Shown: one piece after another, positions 32,999 to 42,733 of the stretch
Layout of the letters: each line of letters opens with the position of its first letter
Position numbering within the stretch: position 1 is the stretch's first letter
Origin: Schizochytrium sp. TIO01
Lineage: Eukaryota; Protista; Bigyra: Labyrinthulomycetes
Assembly (NCBI GenBank): GCA_004764695.1
Contig: SMSO01000014.1
Location: 3,715,648 to 3,779,647 of the forward strand
Direction of reading: 5' to 3'
DNA length: 64,000 nucleotides
Notes under the pieces: model-generated
Seen by the model: the letters and a program-made list of their open reading frames with translations, nothing else
Told to the model about the DNA's origin: nothing
The model's database searches: none
Program-made: the position numbers and the translations under genes

Positions 32999-35124
32999 AT
33001 GACCATGACGCAGACAACGCTGGAGACAGAGCTGCTGAAGCGTCTCGAGGAACGCGACGAGCGGCAGTCGGCGTGCTTTGAGGAGCTTGCACTGCTGTTT
33101 GCATGTCAACAAGACCGTGTAAGTTTAAATACTTGCTTCCCAATTCTGGTAACTTGGCCTAGGTTTGGCTCGCCTTCGGAAATCTTTTATAATAAAGTAT
33201 CTGGGCTGGTTTCGAGGAGCGGAGATCTTTGTCATCAACTCATATAAAGTGAATGAACCAAGGAACGTTTGATGTAAAGAGATAAGCGATAGAAGTTCCC
33301 ATTGATGTCAGTTCCCTAAGAGACGAATTAGAAGTGGTGACCAGAACTTGCAAGAATATTATTGGTTTCTTAAACGTGAACCCTGGGGCCAAAATGCAGA
33401 AGAAATGATCTAGACAACTGACGCAGGCAGGCAAAACCCGTCCTTTGGGTAATGATAAAATGGTGGGACAGCTTTCATACCTGGAGCAACAACACAATCT
33501 ACAAGAGGCATCTAAGGGTGTAACAAAGTTAACCGCAACGGAATCAACGCAGTCCTCAAATGACTCTGTCGTTGGAGAGAAAGAACAACAAACAGATTCT
33601 TCAACAAAACCTTCAACGCCAACCTCATCTGCGTCGCATTCACCAGTTCCACAACTCTCTAGCTCGGCCAGCAATCTAGCATGTGCAGCTCCCTCCGTTT
33701 ACCCAACCTCTGTGTTCGAGCTACAGCGAGAACTTCTCCGGGTTCGGAATGAGTGTAGCATGCTCAAGACACATCTTTCAGAAACTCGTGAGCGTCTTCG
33801 TCAAGAACGGCTGCAGAGATCTCGTGTTGAGGATGAACTAAAATCAGCACAACAGAATCTGCTTGATACCCAAAGTGAGCTGCGTGCTCTGCGAGTTCAG
33901 CACAAGCGTACTGAAGAGAAATACCTAGAGGTCTCTTCACGTAACCACGACCTGGAAACGCGAATTGTTGAGGAAAAGGTCAAGGTTGCTGAAACCTTGA
34001 ATGCTATGAATGAGATGATCCAGAACCAACAACACAAAGACCAGGCATTGAGCCAATCTGCTCTAGCCAGTCTAGCCCAGGTCAATTTGAGCGATGATGC
34101 TGACAAAGGTCCGAAGGATGCAAAGGAAGAAGAGAAAACTGTAGGTACCACCCAATCAACTCAAGCATGGACTAGCAATGTTGGTGTGCAGATCCCTACC
34201 GAATGGCGCGTACTGTCTGATTGTACTGGGGTAAGCATAGTATCCTTGTCTTACAATGATGAAGGTACTGCATTAGTGGCAGGCGGGAGCGATGGTGTAT
34301 TGCGAATTTGGTCACCTCTGTTTTACAGCGAACTTTCGCGTACTGAATCAATCCGCCAGCCGATCCTTAGCGTTGATATGAAGTCCATTTATATTCTAGG
34401 CACATGTGATCGTTCCTGCTATCTTTGGAGAGTGGGTGACCTAGGATCTCCGGCTACACTTGTTCATCGCCTTTCAGGAGGACATACTGGATCAGTTGTT
34501 GCAGGTCGTCTAACTCCGGACTGTCGCTATGCAGCTACTGGTGGTAGAAAGATCAAAATTTGGGACATTTCTTCCGGAAACGTGGTTCGGACAATTGATT
34601 GCATGTCCAAATGTCTTGCACTAGACGTTAATGAACAAGGTAACTTATTGGTGTCTGGCCACGCTGACAAGGGGGTTCGTCTTTGGGATCTACGCACCGG
34701 CCAGCGTGCTGGCTTTGTTCCTTCACTTCATACCAACCCGTTGACATCAGTCAGCTTTTCGAAGATGGACAATAAAATAATCACAGTGGCCATGGATAAT
34801 CGCTTGGCTATTCTTGATGTGAATAAGATGGGTGATGAACCTCCCAAATATATTTCAGATCCTGAATTTCGTGCTAATCAGTGGTGGTGTAAAGCTTGCG
34901 TAAGTCCTGGTTTGTATCGTTCAAGCACTGTGCTTGTTGCCGCGGGATCTAAGGCTGGAAGCCTCTTCATTTGGGATGCTGAATCTGGTGATAAACTCCA
35001 TGCAGAACAGGCTCATTCTCAACCTGTTACTTGTGTCGTTTGGAGTCCCTCTGGTTCGCAACTTGCTTCTGTAGATGCCGGTGGAGCAATCGTGTGCTGG
35101 AATGCAACCTCATCACGCCGCTGA
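32999..35124 (+). CDS. ATG16: ATG16-like autophagy protein (ATG5-binding helix + coiled coil + WD40); join(32999..33118,33472..35124)
   Basis: Exon 1 encodes ELLKRLEERDERQSACFEEL, resembling the ATG16L1 ATG5-binding helix. GTAAGT donor at 33119 and an in-frame phase-0 CAG acceptor at 33471 (alternative at 33426). Exon 2 encodes a coiled coil ending AETLNAMNE and WD40 repeats (SGHADKGVRLWD, RKIKIWD, VVWSPSGSQLAS). Confidence 0.88.
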
Positions 35125-35546
35125 TGACCGACCATTTCCATCCCTTTCTCTCTTGACTATATATTAGCACCTTCCCACAGAACTTAATGTTATATTTATA
35201 TTTCTCTCACGAGTTCTGCCTGTTGTATTGAGCCGTTATGGGTGTGTATAAAGCATGAAAAGGTGTGCACCACCGTGATACTATTATGATAGACAGCAGT
35301 AGCACTACTTAGTAGCACCTAGATGAGTAGTATATGTATGTTTAGATTAATTTAATCTAAGCGAGAATTGCTAGAACGTTGCGAGGACTCAATTTGATGA
35401 AACAATAGTAGACAACCTGAGAGCGCATATACATGGAACATTGGAATTGATATGCAAACCGATGTTGTAAACTCAGAAAGAGTTGGGTTGGAGCTCCTTG
35501 CAAAACTTTCAGAAGACGATCCGGTAAAAGGCACAAGTGAATTAGC

Positions 35547-36266
35547 ATGGAGACTCTCTCAGACGATGATAATGTGGCGCTTATTGCGAGGTACCAAAGC
35601 GCCCGTCTTGCTGTGGAGCGCGAGCTTGCAGCGCCACCATTGCAACTCAATGCAAAGAGAGATTGTTTAGAGTCATCGTTGAGCTTTAACGATGAAGACA
35701 ACACCGAAAATGCCGTGAAAGACTTGAAACCTAGCTCAGACTATGTTATGATAAAAGGCTCTATTCAGGAGGACATGTGCATTCGAGTGCTTGAGTTGGA
35801 TCGAACCAACCATCAATTGAAAGCTGAAAACGTTCTTCAAACTAGAGAAATTGCTTCCCTACAACGCAAACTATTCGCTGAACGAGCAGCGCGAGGGATG
35901 TCAATTTTACAACGGGTTGTTGAGCTTGACGTTTCGCACAGACTAATGAAAGCTTGGCATGGGTGGCGTCTTGTACATGCTCGAAAACATGGGCATCGCC
36001 AATCTGAGCGGCAAGGGCCAGCATCGCCCGACGTTCGTCACGAAGATTTGCTAGCGGTTGTGACACGGCTTCAAGCGGAGAACAGACAACTCCAAATGGA
36101 GTTAGATGATCGCGCTCGTGCTGCAGAGGTCCTCTGCAAAAGGCTCTTGAGAGTGGATGCCACTATCCAGAGCCCTGCTTCGCCTCTTCCCAAAAATGAT
36201 TCATCAAGCAGGTCTCACCGCCGCCATTCCGGGGCAGGTGCAGCAACCTCACGATATCAATATTAA
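35547..36266 (+). CDS. Hypothetical coiled-coil protein, 239 aa
   Basis: ATG-initiated ORF with coding-like composition and heptad-rich segments (VLELDRTNHQLKAEN; VTRLQAENRQLQMELD). No recognised family. Confidence 0.65.
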   Translation: METLSDDDNVALIARYQSARLAVERELAAPPLQLNAKRDCLESSLSFNDEDNTENAVKDLKPSSDYVMIKGSIQEDMCIRVLELDRTNHQLKAENVLQTREIASLQRKLFAERAARGMSILQRVVELDVSHRLMKAWHGWRLVHARKHGHRQSERQGPASPDVRHEDLLAVVTRLQAENRQLQMELDDRARAAEVLCKRLLRVDATIQSPASPLPKNDSSSRSHRRHSGAGAATSRYQY

Positions 36267-36722
36267 CTTCAAACGAGGAGAGACCCAGAGATCAACTAGT
36301 CAAGAAAAATATATATGACCTATTTCCAGCATCATACCTCCTTCGTCATCGTGCTCCAATTCAGCGAACGAAGCCATATACGTAGAACATATCGAAAACA
36401 TCGCCCTTTCAAGTCGCTCTTCTAAGCCCGTCCTGTCTAATCCGCTTTCGTTGCACACCAAACTTGAGTAAAGATGTTGTTGAAGAACAAATTTCATCGA
36501 ACCTCCTTACTCTCAATACTTCGTTTTTTTTTAAAGAATGAATAATTTGTACACTAATTAGGGTCAAACGGAAAGAAACCTACTCCGATATGCTGAACTG
36601 CTTCTTAGTCTTCCCAGTTGATTCGCAGATTTGAATTGCAGTCCAAGTGAAAAAAAAGAAAGAAAAAAAGTAAAGGTAAGGCAAGCAGATGGATCGACAA
36701 ACTCTAAAGGAATGACAGTAGC

Positions 36723-37275
36723 CTAAGCCCACCCTGTGCCACGCTTGCCCTTGGTCTTAACACGTCCACGGGAACCGCCATCCCACTCTTTGGTATCATC
36801 AATGATCATATAACGGCCACCCTTGCGACTAACAATTTGTCCATCGAGATAGCGAATCCCTGAACCCGTCTTAGCATCCTGTTCTTTCTTTTTGGCACGA
36901 CGTGCAGCCTTTCGATTATCACGTGCGATTGCTGCCGCGGACTTGGATTTGGATGAATCTGTGACAGCAAACTCATCAAACTTCTCCATGATTGACTTTT
37001 TCACGCGTTGTTGCTCCTTCGCATCGAGCTCAGCCTGCTGAGCAGCCAGGGCTTCCTTGTCTTCGAAATCACGCTTAAAAATTGCATGAACCTGATCAAT
37101 ACCGCGGTCCAAAATGAACATTGCCGTAGTTTCTGGGTCATTGTTACATAATTTGCGCATCGTGTGAAGAACAGCGTTAGCATCAGCATTTGGTGGGCAA
37201 ACTACCATGACCTGCTCGAGCTTAATGGTCTCCTCCGGGCTTGGAGGCATGGGTTTGTTTGACTCTTCGTCTTCG

Positions 37276-37311
<36 letters not shown>

Positions 37312-37790
37312 TCATCATCATCAGAGTTGTTCTCGGAGCTGGAATTGTCATCCCCATCTTTATCCTCGTAGCACGTGGCGCTTTTGCTTTTCCCATTCTC
37401 TGAGCTCAGGATCGACTTGAAGTCTGTTACACGGTACTCTGAAGCAGCCGAAGCTGAAGATAGGCCTTCTTGTACAGGCTCATCTCCTTTACTGCTCCCA
37501 CGATCATTTGTAGCTACGTCGCTGTCATCACTAGCGTCTCCGTGTTGCAACTTGACGTAAAGCTCGTGAACCTCAGGAGTGGCAGCGTTGTCAGCATCAA
37601 GTTCTGGACAAAATCCACTGAGAACTTCAAGAAAGTCTTCCAGAGGCATGGATTCTTCCGCTGCAGCGCTCAGGTATGTCACAACCTCTTCTGCAAGCAC
37701 AACTTCAAGATCCAACGCAGAGTCGTCACCATCATGAACGCCACCGGACGCCGTGAGAGTAGCGTGCAAGTCCCTCAAGAACGCCTCCAT
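36723..37790 (-). CDS. CUEDC2-like CUE/ubiquitin-binding domain protein
   Basis: N-terminal helical block EEVVTYLSAA, acidic linker, CUE-like segment LEQVMVVCPP...AVLHTMRKLCNNDPETTAMFIL, and C-terminal IRYLDGQIVSRKGGRY resembling the CUEDC2 tail. First ATG is at 37790 (the ORF track starts at TTG 37832). Confidence 0.72.
37278..37322 (-). repeat. Coding (GAT/GAC)n trinucleotide repeat encoding poly-Asp
   Basis: (gtc)n(atc)n on the plus strand gives about 15 consecutive Asp. Confidence 0.9.
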
Positions 37791-38374
37791 AGCCCTCGAA
37801 TATTTTTTATACTGTACGTGATCTGCGAACAAAGTTTACCCTTTGCGCTGCTTGATGTGCAATATCAATACCAATCCGGCAATGCCGACTTAATTGGACT
37901 GGGATGGTGATGGTTTTGACGATGCAGTTTGTTTCGTTTTGTTCCTACTACTATTATTGGCGTTAGGTAGAAGCTAGCACTAATTTAGTCTTCAGTTGAA
38001 AATGATGGTTAGGTAATAATTATATGACATGTTCAAGAGCGCTTAGTAGATTGAAAGAACGAAAGAAAGGAAGGAATGTGAGTGCTGCCAACGACCGTGC
38101 AGGAAAACTGCGTCAGGACCAGAGCAACAGCAACATCTGTGTTCACGACAACACGATTGAATGAGTTTATGAAATTTGTAAAATCTAAGGAGAAGGCCCT
38201 GTATATAGCGACAGTAAACAGTGTTCCGGTAAAATTTGCCACAAAAGAAGGACGTGATTTTAAGGCCGCGTCTGCTATCAAGGAGCTATTAACCTTATCA
38301 ATGCAGGTGAATTAAAGAGAGAGAAGACACGAATATGGGGTACATTTTTTGTGACTAATTAACATGTTGTGTCT

Positions 38375-40762
38375 CTAAAAAAGAGCGAAGTCCTCCGTCG
38401 GACTCGCCAAAAGTTTGTCTTGAATTTCCTCCTCCATTGTTGCAGGTGAAGGCTTGGTATGAACCCGGTGTGCTTGGAGGTGCTTCCTCTGCTTCTCGAT
38501 CATTTGAGCATAAAGATTGCGATTTTGATTAAGCATATCACTCGAATACGGTACGTTTACAATACCACTTGAGCTTTTTTGTCGATGAAGCCCGCGTCTA
38601 GATAATCTCCGTGCCTCTTTTGCAGAGGATTCATGATGCTCTCCCTGGTAATCTGTCATCGAGTCATCTTCATTCTCTTCCTTCACGCTGCTCTCATTTC
38701 CTTGCTTATTTGGGTCACCACCTAACGCGACCTGACGAAGCTGAGATGCCTCTGAGTCTGAGCCATAATCCAGAGCAGATGGGGAAAAGGGAGCCACGTT
38801 CGTTTGCTGTGCTTTTGATCGGTAAATCTTTGCACAGGCTTGGCAAACAGACACCCTCGTATTCCCGTCTGTCTCGGTTTTGAGCTGCAGTACTCGGGTT
38901 GATGAATCCTCTCGATCAAAATTCAAAGTCAACGTATGTGCAGGCTTTTGGTCATCATTTTTAACATTATCATCTTCATCATCAGAGATAGAGCTATGAC
39001 CTCCGAATGCGCGGCGGTCATCATTAATAACATATTGAAAGACTGATCTATTTTGCACATTACCTACTTTTAAGCGGCCCAAGGTATCGCAATAATCACC
39101 ATGGCAAGCAGGATGGTTTTTAAGACCAGTTTCTGATGCTTCATTTGGGTAAAGGGTAATAGCTCTTATCGCACCAAGCACTTTAGGACGTTGCAAACCT
39201 CCATACCCGCGAACATTGATAAGATGCCAAGTACTAGATTGTGTTCGAATATACTCAAAGCACACTTTCTGAAATTTTGCCCCTGTGTGGCGGGCAATGT
39301 CATCTAGAATTGCTTGGGCTACCTGGCGGGGCTCTTGAAAAGTCCCTGCTGCTTCTTTCTTTGCGCCTCCGTAAACGATTTCTGACTCTGGCAATGTCAA
39401 AGATCCATACTCATTCATTTTCATAGACGTCGGGGTAAGCCAATGCTGCTGTTCAGTCTCCTGGTCATGATCGGCCCCGTCATCCGCATTTCGGCTTTGG
39501 AATCGCTCCCTTGAGGTAATGGTAAACACTTGACTCGGGCCATTATCAGCGTGAATGAGACGCACAAACCATGGACGTCTTCCACTTGGTCTGACATAAC
39601 GTTGCAAACACGTAGCTCCTGGCTGGGACCCAGTCACGCTATAAACCTCTGTAGAAAGCTTTGTCAAGATCTCCTTCACTTGAGCTATCGTAAAGAGTAG
39701 TTGGCATGGATGTGCATCACTTTCTCGTTTGAGTACATACAAAGGTTGACCTTTGGGCTGCCGTGTCTTACGCACTTGTTGAAGAAAAGCATCTTGGAAA
39801 GTTGAGTGGGCTAGGTTTTCTTTTGCAATAATGAAACGTTCCGTCGAATTCTTGCGGTTCTTACGATGGAAGATCCCCGTATTAAGCAATACAACGCAGT
39901 CTTCTTTGTCAGGCTCAATAAGTAATGTATCTGGAGCAAAACCTCCCGCCAGTCGTGTGTCAGAGCAAGGTAGATATCGCCAGAAAGAAGCACCTGGCAG
40001 CACATCGGCATCATCGTATGTAAGATCGTCCATCGCAGAAGTTAGAAACAATCTTTCTCTGCTCATGGAACGTCTCTTTTCCAACTCTCGGCGATTTGCA
40101 GAGGCTTCGTCTCTTTCAGGGGGGTATTCTCCACGTTGAAGTTGCCCAAGTGCTTTCATCACACCAAATGCCTCGTCTATTGAAGGGCGCTTTGAGTGGG
40201 AGGGTTTTCCAATAGTTTTTCGCATGAACTTAGAGCTCGGCTCTGGATTGTTTTTATCAACCGGCGAATACCGCAATCCATTATTATCCTGACTCGGGGC
40301 AAATGGGTCTTCGCCTTCAGGACCAGATTGCAAAGGAAAGCTGTTGTCAATGTCCTCCTCACTATCCTCCAAGGCGCGCACGGCATCTCGTTTGAGAAGA
40401 TCTCGTGCAATTTGAGCGCTACGGCTGGTAGAACCAGCTGCAAAGCGCGGTAAACCTTTTAAAACTGGAAGCGTAAGCTCTTCTTCTACCTCTTCTTCTT
40501 CTTCTTCTTCTCGGGAGCTTCTTGATCGGGGCCTTACTTCCCGATTTTTCCAATCGATCTTGTGTTTGCTGTGATGTTCTTTAAGAAACCTTTCGAAACT
40601 CATGGACGAGCTCTTGGCGAGGTGTGTGTGGCGTTTGCGGTCGTCAAGAGCGACAAGCTTTGCGGCTGCATAGTACCGGGTAGGTGCATCAACTTGAGCA
40701 CTAGAAACGAGGTGTTCAAGTTCTCCTGCAGAGTTGCATTGTGCGACGCGCCATTGTGCCAT
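38375..40762 (-). CDS. Hypothetical protein, 795 aa
   Basis: Long ATG-initiated ORF. Ordered central region with CLQRYVRPSGRRPWFVR and distal Cys pairs CHGDYC and VCQACAKIY. Family not confidently recognised. Confidence 0.8.
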   Translation of the reverse strand: MAQWRVAQCNSAGELEHLVSSAQVDAPTRYYAAAKLVALDDRKRHTHLAKSSSMSFERFLKEHHSKHKIDWKNREVRPRSRSSREEEEEEEVEEELTLPVLKGLPRFAAGSTSRSAQIARDLLKRDAVRALEDSEEDIDNSFPLQSGPEGEDPFAPSQDNNGLRYSPVDKNNPEPSSKFMRKTIGKPSHSKRPSIDEAFGVMKALGQLQRGEYPPERDEASANRRELEKRRSMSRERLFLTSAMDDLTYDDADVLPGASFWRYLPCSDTRLAGGFAPDTLLIEPDKEDCVVLLNTGIFHRKNRKNSTERFIIAKENLAHSTFQDAFLQQVRKTRQPKGQPLYVLKRESDAHPCQLLFTIAQVKEILTKLSTEVYSVTGSQPGATCLQRYVRPSGRRPWFVRLIHADNGPSQVFTITSRERFQSRNADDGADHDQETEQQHWLTPTSMKMNEYGSLTLPESEIVYGGAKKEAAGTFQEPRQVAQAILDDIARHTGAKFQKVCFEYIRTQSSTWHLINVRGYGGLQRPKVLGAIRAITLYPNEASETGLKNHPACHGDYCDTLGRLKVGNVQNRSVFQYVINDDRRAFGGHSSISDDEDDNVKNDDQKPAHTLTLNFDREDSSTRVLQLKTETDGNTRVSVCQACAKIYRSKAQQTNVAPFSPSALDYGSDSEASQLRQVALGGDPNKQGNESSVKEENEDDSMTDYQGEHHESSAKEARRLSRRGLHRQKSSSGIVNVPYSSDMLNQNRNLYAQMIEKQRKHLQAHRVHTKPSPATMEEEIQDKLLASPTEDFALF

Positions 40763-41661
40763 GATAGAGCCTAGGCTTTTTCGTCACTCAAAAAGAGTAA
40801 ATCAGCACCCAAGCCAAGACGTTCAGTTTAACAATACTGAGCTGGGCGGCCTTTACAATTCCTGAAGAAGGCCTGCTTGTCGGTGAGTTTACTTTTGTGA
40901 GTAGTTTTGCGCGCCTTGAAATTGCTTGTCCTACAGAACCTTGCTCCTTCAATCCGACTTTTTAAAGCGGTTCCCTCTTCCTCCAACACGTTTACCCAAC
41001 GCACTAGGACACGAACGTATTCAAACTATCATAGGCTGCTGCAAATAGCTTGGCTTTTACTCTTCTCTGTCCTAGCCGCTACCTAGACTGTACATGTTCA
41101 TCAGCAATTAGTGTTGTTGCTTTCCCATAGCAATAGTTCGTATTAGGAGTGAGTACTTACTGCTTATTGAAAATCGCACAATGTGAATCCGCCTTCTTTT
41201 TGTTTCGTTCACTTCCTCACAGCGCATACAGCCATCTCTCTCTCTCTCTCTCTGAGCTATCCAAACCACTCGCAAACTCCATCATCTTACCCAAGTGCAC
41301 ACTCTTCCTCCTCCTCGTCAATCCCCTCGCTCTATCTTCATACGCTCCAAGTGAAAAATCAAGCATAGCCGTTGGCGAAAATGGGTTGCGCAGTGTAAAC
41401 AAAGGGAAACCGGGGAACACATTGCGCGCGTGCACAACAACAATCTGACTCAAAAGAGAGGCAACTTTAAAAGACTAGAGCTATCATAGAGGATACTACA
41501 GGGGTCCAATAAGGAGGGAAGGTTTGGCTGATAAAGAAAAGGACTTTAACAAATTATAGCCTAGATAATTAAGTAAGTAAGTAGTATGTTGTTTAGTTTT
41601 AGTTGCGCAAAGTATGTGTAAAAAGAGGGAGGTAAAAGGAAAGAGAAAAACAGAGAAGAAG

Positions 41662-42232
41662 ATGGATTCCGAGTCCTCTTTCGTAGAGCTGGACTCAACT
41701 CCGTCTGACGCTTCAGGTTGGCAGACGAGCAATCCTGTTTTACAAAGGTCGTATTGCAGTGGAGTGCGATCAACCAAGAGATCCGAGCCGTCTGCGAGTA
41801 CAGCAGACCACCAGCCGGTCAGCTGGCCGGGTGATCTGAAGAAGGAGATCGCCATTAGGCTGCAAGTATTATTATTACAAGGAGAGTAAATAGAAACGGG
41901 GCTCGAAAGGGTGTGCTCTCTTTTAAGAAGTAGCATTGATTCAACTTGGCTGTCTGTGCTCCTCGACTCGGTGCGAGCATAGCTCTTTACAGGTATACTG
42001 CTCTGGCAGACGGGTTACGGTGCAGATACGCCTAGGTGCTCTTTCACCTCAGTCTCTGATCGACCTGGTAGACGACGACGAGGAGCAGGTGAAGAATCGC
42101 ATTGAAGCGATTGAGGCGATATTTTTACTTTCAGAGGCATACTTACACCAAAATATATACAAGCATACCTCAAGTGTACTTTTCCGGCCCACTTGCGCTG
42201 TGTTTGCCCAGCGTGTTCCTCAGCCCTGTTGA
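41662..42232 (+). CDS. Possible small two-exon orphan gene; join(41662..41865,41993..42232), about 147 aa
   Basis: A GT...TTTACAG intron (41866-41992, 127 nt) joins two adjacent short ORFs in phase 0, giving MDSESSFVELDS...KKEIAIRLQ|VYCSGRRVTVQIRLG...QPC*. The donor GTATTA is weak and no homology was recognised. Confidence 0.4.
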
Positions 42233-42733
42233 GATCGGTAGACCTTGCTTTCGGCCCGAGCGGAAACCGAGCGAGAGCTCTTTCCTTCGTGGAAGTCCGT
42301 GAGCAGCACGTGCCCCGCTTCCACTATCAAAGAATTCTAAGGAAAGGTGAACGAGAGTAATTCGCAAGAGCAAGCGGAATCTTGACGGAAATTCAGCCTG
42401 GTATTCCATACGAGGTATTTGTACAAGGCCAATTATTTTGCCTTGTATTGTACTGAAGATCTCTTGCGCTACTCGCGCGAGCAGATCGATTTCAAGCAGT
42501 AGGGGAGAGCTTGTGTGTACTGTTTTTTATCTAGTAAAAAACCACACAAGCATTATTGGCAGTTTAAGGGAACTCTGTGCAAAGCACACACGTACAAGAA
42601 AGACAAAGAGATTCGAGTATAGCTTGGCTAATAAGAAGCCCCTCGTGACTGCTGCTCCTGAAGATTAAGGAATCGGGTGAAGCAAAACGTATTTGTTTAC
42701 CCTGTTACTGTCGGAAACAATTCTTGAGGCATC

